Shown here one piece after another: positions 29,157 to 37,899 of a stretch of 64,000 nucleotides of DNA (positions within the stretch are counted from its first letter, which is position 1; each line of letters opens with the position of its first letter). A model generated the notes under the pieces. The model saw nothing but the letters and a program-made list of their open reading frames with translations, was not told where the DNA came from and searched no databases. Where the stretch lies: assembly GCA_001443395.1 (NCBI GenBank), contig LDXK01000001.1:128001-192000 (forward strand), written 5' to 3'. Source of the DNA: a candidate division WWE3 bacterium CSP1-7 (GTDB lineage Bacteria; Patescibacteriota; WWE3; 9FT-COMBO-53-11). The position numbers and the translations under genes were made by a program.

Positions 29157-30647
29157 TCAGGTCTTCTTCCTTATCAACTTCTTCAGCACTCCTTCGGGCC
29201 AGTCTTTCTCTTCGACAAGCACTAGACTGAGGTGTTGAGCAAGATCCCCAGGAGCAGAGACAACTACATTGAATTCAAGGTTCAGCACCCTTAACTCCTC
29301 GATAAACCCCCGCCTAAACTGCTCTTCCTCACTCTCACCTAGGCGAGTTCCTGACTTGAGACTCACCAAGGTCGGTTCGAGCTTCATGTTGCTCGGCGCA
29401 CAGAAGAACTCCCCGAGCCGCTGGCCATAGACATTTTGAATTCTGGGGCTGTTGAGAACATTTCGAACCTGCTCGTGGTAGACATTCGCCCCACAGAAAG
29501 TACCCATGTCCCCTCGCCCGTAGAGAAGCAGAATCGGCATAGGAGCGGGAGGCGGTGCACCCCTCCGCGACAGAATCATGGGAAGATCCTGCCCAACTCC
29601 CCTAAGTCGGCGTAATGCTTCTCCATAATCCAGGACAATTCCCAGATCTCCGATCGCATACCTTATGAGGTAGGGCGGTTTTGTGATCAAGAGATTCCCC
29701 TCTTCTACACCCTCGACCAGGATAGAAGGCGGAACCTGGTAGATGCCGGGATCGGCGGCGAAACCCTGACCACCAAACCAGGAACCTTCTTGAAGGTGAG
29801 GGTAGATAGCCCGAGCGATATCCCGATCCGTGTGAGCGAGTCTCCGCATGAGAAGAGTCAGTTCGGTTTCCATGGCCGTAACTCCCGCTTCCCCGGAGCT
29901 GTACATGTTCATGACTCGGCCATGATAGGTCGCTTCAACCTTTTGCCGCCACTCTTCGTCGATTGCTTCCCCGCCCACCCAAACATGGATGGCCTTGGGA
30001 AGAACGTATTTACTCTGCGTGAGAGTATTCAGGAGAATGTCGACGAAGCCAGGCATACCTGCAAGAATCCACGCCTCGTACTCGCCCTCCAGCGCTTTAA
30101 GGGACTTGAGACACTCTTCCAAGTTGTATCCCGGGTAGATAGGTTCAACGGGAAGATCGGGGGAAATCTCCAAGGCTTTGGTGAAAAGCTTCACCATGAA
30201 GATCCCTGCAGGGGTAATCCCCAAGTAAGCCGTGGTGACGAGCAGGGTAGGGCCCTTCAAATCAAAGAACTCTTTGAGAGGAGGGATGATCATCGGGGCG
30301 GTTTTTCCTACCCCCCCCCGGGGCAAACCGGTGGTCTTGGGGGTCCCTCCGGTTGAACCACTGCTGAAGACGATCGATTCCGGACTTTCTCCCTTGCGCA
30401 TACGATCGCGTAGACGGTAATCTCTGATGTAGCTTGGAGTAATTGGAGGAACGAACTGCCGAAAGTCTTCAATACTTCGAACAGAATCAGGGTCGATTCC
30501 GTGTCGGCGCAGGAAATCCTGGTAGGCCGAGCTTTTCCGAGCCAGTTCATGAAAGGCTTTAAGCGCGTTTCTCTCCGCAACTCGCTGGAGAATCTTAACC
30601 TGCAAATTCTCCGGCAACATTCCCAAAACCATGTCTCGCAATGCCAT
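29157..30647 (-). CDS. Phenylacetate-CoA ligase/F390 synthetase-like adenylating enzyme
   Basis: FSSGSTGGTP P-loop, GGE, YSSGEAG, RYAIGDLG and GRGD. Confidence 0.85.
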   Translation of the reverse strand: MALRDMVLGMLPENLQVKILQRVAERNALKAFHELARKSSAYQDFLRRHGIDPDSVRSIEDFRQFVPPITPSYIRDYRLRDRMRKGESPESIVFSSGSTGGTPKTTGLPRGGVGKTAPMIIPPLKEFFDLKGPTLLVTTAYLGITPAGIFMVKLFTKALEISPDLPVEPIYPGYNLEECLKSLKALEGEYEAWILAGMPGFVDILLNTLTQSKYVLPKAIHVWVGGEAIDEEWRQKVEATYHGRVMNMYSSGEAGVTAMETELTLLMRRLAHTDRDIARAIYPHLQEGSWFGGQGFAADPGIYQVPPSILVEGVEEGNLLITKPPYLIRYAIGDLGIVLDYGEALRRLRGVGQDLPMILSRRGAPPPAPMPILLLYGRGDMGTFCGANVYHEQVRNVLNSPRIQNVYGQRLGEFFCAPSNMKLEPTLVSLKSGTRLGESEEEQFRRGFIEELRVLNLEFNVVVSAPGDLAQHLSLVLVEEKDWPEGVLKKLIRKKT

Positions 30648-30756
30648 TTGAACTCTCCTCCTCTATTCGTTTGTTCGTTTGTGACTTAAATTATACAGGG
30701 CGGAAAAAACTACTTATGAATTTGACGCTGGATAATCCGGGATTGGAAAGATACGG

Positions 30757-31248
30757 CTAACCAGATTTCAACTCCTTGATCTTTTCGATCCGCTTCTCGG
30801 AATCCCCTTCTTTCTCCTCCGGCGCGCCGGAAACTTTCGAGCCGACTCCCGAAAACGCGCCCTTCACGATATAGAGAAGAATCGCCGGCACGGCCGCCAT
30901 TCCGGCGTAGGCGACGGAGAGGGTGTACTGGACCGGAACCAGCTTCACTCCAACCGCCAGCTGCTGGATCGCGTAAAGCTGGGCGAGCACCGCCGCTGCG
31001 AAAAGGAGCGTCGCTTTGAGAAAATACTGCTTCTCAATCAGCGAAGCGATCAGGAGCGTGAAGATTAGGAATCCCAGCGCCCGGACCCCGATCGCCACCG
31101 CCGTCAGTGGGTAGACCGAAAGATAAGACGGCGAGAGAAAAACGAGCTGGTTGGCGAGCTGCAGCTGCACCGGACCAGCAAAAGATTCCAGCACCGAAGA
31201 AAGGATCAAAAGCGCAATGGCGGCAACGACCCAATATTCCTTATTCAT
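30757..31248 (-). CDS. Membrane protein (about 4 TM)
   Basis: Hydrophobic ORF with ATG start. Confidence 0.75.
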   Translation of the reverse strand: MNKEYWVVAAIALLILSSVLESFAGPVQLQLANQLVFLSPSYLSVYPLTAVAIGVRALGFLIFTLLIASLIEKQYFLKATLLFAAAVLAQLYAIQQLAVGVKLVPVQYTLSVAYAGMAAVPAILLYIVKGAFSGVGSKVSGAPEEKEGDSEKRIEKIKELKSG

Positions 31249-31360
31249 TTTCGAGGAAATTATAGCGAAAATGAAGAGGAGAGGCTTTCTTATTTCTTGT
31301 TACACTCTTAATTAGGTTGCGTTGATTAGTCTAATCAACCAACAAAGGTGGTGATATAAA

Positions 31361-31522
31361 TTGCTCCGAAACATAGGAACGCCAGAAATAATTCTGCTTT
31401 CCGTAGTTTTACTCCTGCTCTTTGGGTCAAGGAAGATCCCCGAGTTCGCTCGAGGCCTGGGACAATCCGTTAGAGAGATTCGTCGCAGCTTCCGCGGTAC
31501 CAAAAAAGAGGAGCAAGCTTAG
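31361..31522 (+). CDS. tatA: TatA/E family protein (53 aa; not in ORF track)
   Basis: TTG start after AGGTGGTGA; MLRNIGTPEIILLSVVLLLLFGSRKIPEFARGLGQSVREIRRSF. Confidence 0.88.
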   Translation: MLRNIGTPEIILLSVVLLLLFGSRKIPEFARGLGQSVREIRRSFRGTKKEEQA

Positions 31523-31546
31523 CTTGAAACTTGGAATCCGAAACAG

Positions 31547-32899
31547 ATGAGACATGAAACCCTGATCTCCATTGTGGGGGCTGTCCTAGTCGGCCTGGTT
31601 TTTCTGTTCCCCTCCCCGGCCAGAGCCGACGAGGTTGAGTCCCGCCGCTGCAAGACCGGGGACACCGCCTGCACCATCGGTGAATTCCTGTACGACGACA
31701 ACTACGTGCCGGTTCCCCCGGCCAACGCCTCCTGCACCCTGTCCATCGTCGATCCCGCTAGTACTCCTCTAGGCGGGTCGCCGTTCGCGATGAGCGAGGC
31801 CGCCGACGGCTGGTACTTCTACAACTTCGACACCACCGCTCAGGCCGACGGGCTCTACCGCTCGAATATGTGCTGCACCGTCACCGTCCCCACCAGCCAG
31901 ACCCTTTGCCTGGACAAGAGCTTCACGGTCGGGGCCTCGTTCAACTCGCTGGCCGATATCGCCATCGCCGTCTGGGGCGGCACCAGCCGTACCCTGACCG
32001 ACTTCGGCACCCTCGTCACCGACATCTGGAACAACCTCACCCGCAGTTTGACCACTCGGAACATTGGCCTCGGCGAAAATATCGCCCGCGAGGAGGAACA
32101 CTGGACGACTCGCTTCGCGGGAGACGGCGAGGTCCTCGCCGGCCAGACCTACCGAGCTACCATCTGGATTTTGAATTTCGAAACCGAGCTATCCGCCCCC
32201 GCCGTCGCGCCGACCTACACCATCTACGACTCCATGCTCAATCCAGTCAGCAGCGGAACAATGACGCTCGGCGACACCGCCGGTGTTTACAACCTCTCCT
32301 ATGCCGTTTCCGGCTCCGCCACCGGCGGGCGCTGGAAAACAATCGTGAACGTGGACGTCGACGGAGGGGGCAATGATATTCAGGACGGGAGCTACTGGGA
32401 GGTAGAGAGCTCGCCGGCCCAGGTGACTATCAACGCCATCACCGACAACACGATTCCTTCCATCACCGCCAACGTCACCATCAAAAACGAGGGCGGGAGC
32501 GGCTACGAGTACAAGTACTCCTACTGCGTGGTTAGCACCGAGAACAATCCCTGCGGCGGCGGGAACGATGTTTTCTACAACTCGGGATCCAAGTACCTCA
32601 ACGCCGGCGAGAGCTGGATCAAAAACTTCAACGCCACCGTCCCCGACCCCGGCACCTACTGGTTTAAGGTGGTCGTGCAGTGGGGAACGGAAAAATCGGG
32701 CGCGACCCAGATCTTCACCACCGGTTCGGTCGCCTGCCTGGGCGACTACAACCTCGACGGCTGGGTAAACCTAACCGATTTTTCAATCATGCTGTTCTAC
32801 TGGAACCAGTACAATCCGGCCCACGATCTTTCGGGCGACGGTTATGTCAACCTAACCGACTTCTCCATCCTGCTGTTCCACTGGGGCAAGTGCCCTTGA
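31547..32899 (+). CDS. Secreted Ig-like protein with C-terminal dockerin domain
   Basis: Signal peptide ending ARA; duplicated GDYNLDGWVNLTDFSIML / HDLSGDGYVNLTDFSILL; IAIAVW...RTLT repeats. Confidence 0.85.
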   Translation: MRHETLISIVGAVLVGLVFLFPSPARADEVESRRCKTGDTACTIGEFLYDDNYVPVPPANASCTLSIVDPASTPLGGSPFAMSEAADGWYFYNFDTTAQADGLYRSNMCCTVTVPTSQTLCLDKSFTVGASFNSLADIAIAVWGGTSRTLTDFGTLVTDIWNNLTRSLTTRNIGLGENIAREEEHWTTRFAGDGEVLAGQTYRATIWILNFETELSAPAVAPTYTIYDSMLNPVSSGTMTLGDTAGVYNLSYAVSGSATGGRWKTIVNVDVDGGGNDIQDGSYWEVESSPAQVTINAITDNTIPSITANVTIKNEGGSGYEYKYSYCVVSTENNPCGGGNDVFYNSGSKYLNAGESWIKNFNATVPDPGTYWFKVVVQWGTEKSGATQIFTTGSVACLGDYNLDGWVNLTDFSIMLFYWNQYNPAHDLSGDGYVNLTDFSILLFHWGKCP

Positions 32900-32954
32900 G
32901 GCGGGCACAGTGAATAGTGAATAGTGAATAGAGAATGGTTTGGGAACAAGAAAC

Positions 32955-34427
32955 ATGGAAAAAACCAGGAAACTAATTAACCGATTAACTAATAAACTGG
33001 TGCTGTTTGCACTCACTATCCTATTCCTACTCCTACTAATTACTTCTACCCTCTTCGCCGCGGGCGCAAAGCTCTTCCTCTCTCCGGAAACGGGAACCCA
33101 GTACGTCGGGTCCTATCTCTCGGTGGATGTGCTGGTGAACACCGGCGGTAACCCGACCAACGCCTACCGGGCGGTCGTCACCTACCCCGCCGCCAAGCTG
33201 GAAGCGGTCGCGGTTTCGACCGGCGGTTCCGTCTGCTCACTCTGGATCCCACCGACGCCACGGTACTCCAACGACAGCGGCACGGCCACTTTTGAGTGCG
33301 GGGCGACAAAGGCCTACAAGGGAACTTCCGGGCGGATCGGCCGGATCGATTTCCTCGTCAAGGCGGCGGGAAAGGCGGCGGTCAGCATCTCGGCCGGCGA
33401 GGTCAAAAAGGCCGACGGCATCGGCACGGAGCTCTTGAGTTCCCGGGGCGCCGCCTCCTTTGATCTGCAGGAAACACCGGTGGGAGTACCGGTGATTTCC
33501 TCTTCCACCCACCCGAACCAGAACGCCTGGTACCGGGAAAAATCGGTCGAACTGGCTTGGACGGCGACCGAGGAAGCGGATGGATTTTCCTATTCCCTCA
33601 ACCAAAAAGCCGGCGATACTCCCGACGACATCTCGGAAGGGCCGGCGGCCACCAAAACCTACCAGAACGACGACGGCATCTGGTATTTCCATCTCAAAGC
33701 CCGGCAGACGAGCGGCTGGAGTTTCACCGGCCATTTCCGGATCCAGATCGACAACGCCCCTCCGGAGCCCTTCACGATCGTGGTTGATCCGCCCACGGAG
33801 AAAATCACCCGCGCTCCCCTTCTCTCATTTGCCACCACGGATAAGCTCTCGGGGATCGACCACTACGAGATTGCCATTGACGGGGCGGCTCCGCTGACCA
33901 CGGCTAGCCCCTACCAGTTCGACCGGATCAAGGGCGGGATCCATCCCATCACCGTCCAGGCGATCGACCGGGCCGGCAACAGCCGGGAGGCCAAGGCCAC
34001 GCTGGATGTGATCGGCGTTTCTTCCCCGACGATTACCAGCCCGACGGAAGGGGAAAAGATTCCTTTCCTCTCGCCCTTGACGACAAGAGGCACTTCCTCC
34101 CAACCGGGAACGGTTGAGCTCGCTCTCGACGGCCGGCTCATCGCCGAAGTGAACAGCGGTACCGGAGATTTTGAACACAGCTACAGAAAGATAATCCTCC
34201 CCGGCAACCGCAAGCTGGAGGCAACTCTAATCACGGCGGAAGGAATCGAGAGCGAGCCGGCGACAGTCACTTTTCAGGTGGACCTTAGCCGGGTCTATCT
34301 GCTCGGGTTGGTTCTCCCCGGCTATCCCGTCTACGCCGTCGCTCTGTTGATTTTCGCAGGATTGGCAACTCTCTTCATCCTGAAGATAAAGCGATGGAGG
34401 AGATTGCGAAAGCCGAAACAGATTTGA
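32955..34427 (+). CDS. Cohesin-like plus Ig-like domain surface protein with C-terminal TM anchor
   Basis: Signal peptide; LFLSP...VDVLVNTGG.PTNAY..VVTYP...I.F..KAAGKA cohesin-like pattern; SSSTHPNQNAWY; SGIDHYEI; C-terminal TM plus basic tail. Confidence 0.8.
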   Translation: MEKTRKLINRLTNKLVLFALTILFLLLLITSTLFAAGAKLFLSPETGTQYVGSYLSVDVLVNTGGNPTNAYRAVVTYPAAKLEAVAVSTGGSVCSLWIPPTPRYSNDSGTATFECGATKAYKGTSGRIGRIDFLVKAAGKAAVSISAGEVKKADGIGTELLSSRGAASFDLQETPVGVPVISSSTHPNQNAWYREKSVELAWTATEEADGFSYSLNQKAGDTPDDISEGPAATKTYQNDDGIWYFHLKARQTSGWSFTGHFRIQIDNAPPEPFTIVVDPPTEKITRAPLLSFATTDKLSGIDHYEIAIDGAAPLTTASPYQFDRIKGGIHPITVQAIDRAGNSREAKATLDVIGVSSPTITSPTEGEKIPFLSPLTTRGTSSQPGTVELALDGRLIAEVNSGTGDFEHSYRKIILPGNRKLEATLITAEGIESEPATVTFQVDLSRVYLLGLVLPGYPVYAVALLIFAGLATLFILKIKRWRRLRKPKQI

Positions 34428-34503
34428 TATAACCGAGTTGCGGATCCGTTCCAAATCATCCCCTGCCGATCGCACCCTGCCGTTTGGAGTTTGCAATATA
34501 AAA

Positions 34504-35433
34504 ATGTTCTTGAAAAAAGCCTTTAGAGCAGTTCTGGTTCTTTATAATCTAGTCTTGATTTCCCTGCTGTTGTTCACCGGAGTGGGGAACACTGGTAATC
34601 CCACCGATCGGCTGCTTCTCCTTCTTCTCTCTCCGATCGCGCTGTATTTCGCCCTCGGTTTCCTGCGGACGCTCGCCCGCCGAAAAATCCTCGCCGGACT
34701 GCACAACTTCGCCTTCACGCTGAGCCTGGCTTCCGCCAGCTTTCTTTTCTTCCTCAATGCCTGGAGCGCCACCATCTCGGCGGATTACCGCTTCGCCCTT
34801 CTGGTCCTACCGCTACCCCTCTACTTCTGGGGAACACTGCTGGGCCGTTTGATCCGAGCACTGCGGTCGCCGGAGGAAATCGGGCCCCAAAAACCAGAAC
34901 CGGCGGTTTTGCAAGTACCAAAGGAGACCGCGGATTTCCACGAACACCGAACGGAACCAATTACCCTAGCCGAACCGGCGCTGGCGGAGGCGCCGGAGCC
35001 GGAGGAACAGCCGGTCGGCGATCCCAAGCGACGAGACTTTTTGAAGAAAGTCGGCGGAATCGGGCTGGGCCTCCTGACCTACTCCCTTTTGAATCCCAAG
35101 CAGGCCGGAGCGGCCTTCTTCGGGAGCGTTCCCGGACCGGGAACGGTCGCGGTCAAGGACACCGCCGATGCCAAGATCGATCCGGCGATCAAGGGGCTCC
35201 AGTCCGTCACGACCCAGTACGGCATCACCGAGATCGATGACGGCGACCCGGCCTACTACGGCTTCGTCAACAAGGACGGCGCCTGGTATATTTTGCAGGA
35301 AGATGAAACGACCGGAGACTACGCCTACCGCTATGCCTCTCCCACCAACAACCCCACCCTTCCGGATTTCACCGACGCGTGGGACGTCCACGACTCCACC
35401 CTCACCTACAACTACTTCGACGGCGCCTTCTAA
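34504..35433 (+). CDS. Membrane protein with four N-terminal TMs, internal twin-arginine signal and C-terminal Tyr/Trp/Asp-rich domain
   Basis: DPKRRDFLKKVGGIGLGLLTYSLL...QAGA at 35020-35112; followed by tatA. Confidence 0.8.
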   Translation: MFLKKAFRAVLVLYNLVLISLLLFTGVGNTGNPTDRLLLLLLSPIALYFALGFLRTLARRKILAGLHNFAFTLSLASASFLFFLNAWSATISADYRFALLVLPLPLYFWGTLLGRLIRALRSPEEIGPQKPEPAVLQVPKETADFHEHRTEPITLAEPALAEAPEPEEQPVGDPKRRDFLKKVGGIGLGLLTYSLLNPKQAGAAFFGSVPGPGTVAVKDTADAKIDPAIKGLQSVTTQYGITEIDDGDPAYYGFVNKDGAWYILQEDETTGDYAYRYASPTNNPTLPDFTDAWDVHDSTLTYNYFDGAF

Positions 35434-35523
35434 CCCATATTTAAACCCTATTGATTTCTGCTTTCATTTTTTTCTACTATTAGGTTATATGCGAACAGCA
35501 TACCTGAGAGGAGGTGATATGTA

Positions 35524-35667
35524 ATGTTGGGTGGAATGGGAACAACGGAATTGGTTTTCCTGTCGGCTTTCCTGTTGATTTTCTTCGGTGGTAAAAAACT
35601 TCCCGAGCTCGCGCGCGGTATTGGCGACTCGGTCCGAGAATTTCGCAGGGCCGTCAAGGAAGCCTAA
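35524..35667 (+). CDS. tatA: TatA/E family protein (47 aa; not in ORF track)
   Basis: GGAGGTGA SD; MLGGMGTTELVFLSAFLLIFFGGKKLPELARGIGDSVREFRRAVKEA. Confidence 0.92.
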   Translation: MLGGMGTTELVFLSAFLLIFFGGKKLPELARGIGDSVREFRRAVKEA

Positions 35668-35843
35668 GCGGAAGATCCATGAATCCGTGGAATAATTCCG
35701 CGACGGTCGCGCCCTGCCCATTGCCTTTGCCTCGAGAAAACGAAGTAAAGACAACGCGGGTTAGCCTCCAGTAAATTTCGCGCTTGAATTATTCCTAATA
35801 CGTTTTCCGGAAGTCCGGTTTCGGACGGGTTTGTTGCACTCTA

Positions 35844-35928
35844 TTGGACGCTCCGATCAAAGCATCGGAGCTAACAAATCTTGCCACGTTCGTTTGGACG
35901 GCTTCCGCCTTGAGCGGAAACCTAGTAA
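35844..35928. repeat. Two tandem GAC/TAR internal-loop hairpins (REP-like family 1)
   Basis: TTG-GAC-GCTCCGAT...ATCGGAGC-TAA-CAA and TTG-GAC-GGCTTCCGC...GCGGAAACC-TAG-TAA. Confidence 0.75.
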
Positions 35929-35986
35929 TATCCGCTTTGCGTCTATTGTACTGCCTCTCTCTATTAAGGTTTAATAGGGACGGACG

Positions 35987-37798
35987 GTGAGCACATCTAT
36001 GCGGACCAATTTCCTCCGGAAAATTAAAAGGGCGTTTCTGCCTTTGGTCGTTCTTGTCGCGCTGGTCCTTTCTCTCGCTCCCCTGCTGCCGGTCCTAGCC
36101 GGCAACGCCGTTCTCTACCTCTCTCCTTCGGGCGGGACTCGCTACGTCGGGTCGAGCTTTGCCGTTTCGGTTCGAATCAACAGCGGCTCGCACACCACCA
36201 ACGCCTACAAGGCGGTGGTAAAGTTTCCGACCGCCCTGCTCGCGGCCACCTCGGTTTCGGTGGGCGGTTCCATCTGCACTCTCCAGATCAGCGGCTCCCC
36301 CAGCTACTCCAACAGCAGTGGTACCGTTAATTTTGAGTGCGGTCACCCCGGCTCTTTCTCGGGAAGCGCCGGGATAATCGGGACCGTTACTTTCCTCGCC
36401 CGGGCGGCCGGCACCGCTAACCTGACCTTTACCTCCGCCTCCCAAGTGAAGGCGGCCGACGGTTTCGGCACCGAGGTCCTGGGATCCACCAGCGGCGCGA
36501 TTTTCGACATCCAGCCGGCGCCGGTGAGCGGGCCGGCCGTTTCCTCCGCCACCCATCCCAACCAGGGTTCCTGGTACGCGCTCAAAGATGTCAGCCTAAC
36601 TTGGAACCAACCGGCTGGTTCGGACGGCTTCTCCTACCTGCTCAATCAAAAATCCGGCACCATTCCTGATGGAGTCTCCGAAGGAACCGCAAAGGCCATC
36701 GGCTACGAGGGGCTAGCGGACGGAACCTGGTACTTCCACATCCGCGCCCACGGGGACGGCGGCTGGGGAAACACGACCCACTTCCGGATCCGCATCGACA
36801 CCACCCCGCCCGACCCCTTTGAAGTCACCTCAGAACCGCCGGCCGAGAACATCGATTCCGCACCGCTGATCATCGCCTCCGCCACCGACCGCCCCTCCGG
36901 CATTGACCACTACGAGATCTCCATCGATGGCGGCGACTTCGTCCCGGTTCCCGGAATGCCGTACCAGTACGAACGGATCCCGGAGGGAACCCACACCCTC
37001 ACCGTCCGGGCGGTGGACAGGGCCGGCAACTACCGCGACAGCTCGCTGGTGATCCACGTGATTGATGTTGTAAACCCCCGCATCACCCAACCCGCTAACG
37101 GTTCCTACCTCCCCATCCTGGAACAGCTGGTGATCAAGGGAACGGCACCGGCGGGACTGGTCGAGCTTTACCTCAACGGCGAGCTGATCGCCCAGATCGA
37201 GAGCGACGGGAACTTTGAGTTCACCCACAGCGCCTTCCTTCGACCGGGCCGGTATAAGCTTACGGCGATAGCGGTCACGGACCGGGGCATCGTCAGCTCC
37301 CCCGCCGAAGTCCAGTTCACGGTGGATCCGCGAGCGGTTAGTCTCTTCGGCCTGAATCTCCCCGGCTGGCTGGTCTACAGCTTCCTGCTGGGGATCATCA
37401 TCTTGCTCCTCATCCTCCTGATCCGCTATCTCCGCAAGGCCGCCGGCTTTGACGAGCACGTCCGCCAGGACCTGGATCGGATCGAGGAGGAAGAGAAGAG
37501 GGACTTTGAACAGGCCGAGAAGGAAATGGAGCGGGCGGTCGAGGGAACGCTCGCCGGCCTGACCGAATCCCAGGTCCACCAGCTCGAACACGAGTTGGAG
37601 GAGAAGATCAGGGAATCCGAGGGGGAGGCTCGCGAGAAGCTGGAGGGAGAACTAGACCGGATCCGCCGCCATCACCCGCTGGCGGGGCGGAAATTCCGGT
37701 TTCCCCGGATTAAAATTCCCCGCTTCTTCCTCATCTTTTGGGAGAGGCGAAAGAAGAAAAAAGGAGAGAAAAAAAGAGGAACCTACAGGAGATATTGA
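35987..37798 (+). CDS. Cohesin-like plus Ig-like surface protein, TM and cytoplasmic coiled coil (paralog of 32955..34427)
   Basis: Aligns by eye with 32955..34427 (TNAY, GGSIC, FECG, KAADG.GT, SSATHPNQGSWY, WYFHIRA, SGIDHYEI); E/R-rich C-terminus. Confidence 0.8.
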   Translation: MSTSMRTNFLRKIKRAFLPLVVLVALVLSLAPLLPVLAGNAVLYLSPSGGTRYVGSSFAVSVRINSGSHTTNAYKAVVKFPTALLAATSVSVGGSICTLQISGSPSYSNSSGTVNFECGHPGSFSGSAGIIGTVTFLARAAGTANLTFTSASQVKAADGFGTEVLGSTSGAIFDIQPAPVSGPAVSSATHPNQGSWYALKDVSLTWNQPAGSDGFSYLLNQKSGTIPDGVSEGTAKAIGYEGLADGTWYFHIRAHGDGGWGNTTHFRIRIDTTPPDPFEVTSEPPAENIDSAPLIIASATDRPSGIDHYEISIDGGDFVPVPGMPYQYERIPEGTHTLTVRAVDRAGNYRDSSLVIHVIDVVNPRITQPANGSYLPILEQLVIKGTAPAGLVELYLNGELIAQIESDGNFEFTHSAFLRPGRYKLTAIAVTDRGIVSSPAEVQFTVDPRAVSLFGLNLPGWLVYSFLLGIIILLLILLIRYLRKAAGFDEHVRQDLDRIEEEEKRDFEQAEKEMERAVEGTLAGLTESQVHQLEHELEEKIRESEGEAREKLEGELDRIRRHHPLAGRKFRFPRIKIPRFFLIFWERRKKKKGEKKRGTYRRY

Positions 37799-37806
37799 GA
37801 AAAGGG

Positions 37807-37826
37807 GGGTAGGGTTTAGGGTCTAG
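37807..37826 (+). repeat. 7-bp tandem repeat AGGGTNT
   Basis: GGGT AGGGTTT AGGGTCT AG; same unit as 13357-13379. Confidence 0.6.
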
Positions 37827-37899
37827 AAAGAAGGAGCCAACTCAGTTAGAAGTTGGGACAATTGGACGGCTCGCTTCGCGAACCTAGCATTTATCCCAA

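Noticed and set aside
35844-35928. Integron attC sites (CTAAC motifs in hairpins)
   Set aside because: No paired RYYYAAC/GTTRRRY ends, too short, no integrase, and family members flank housekeeping genes.
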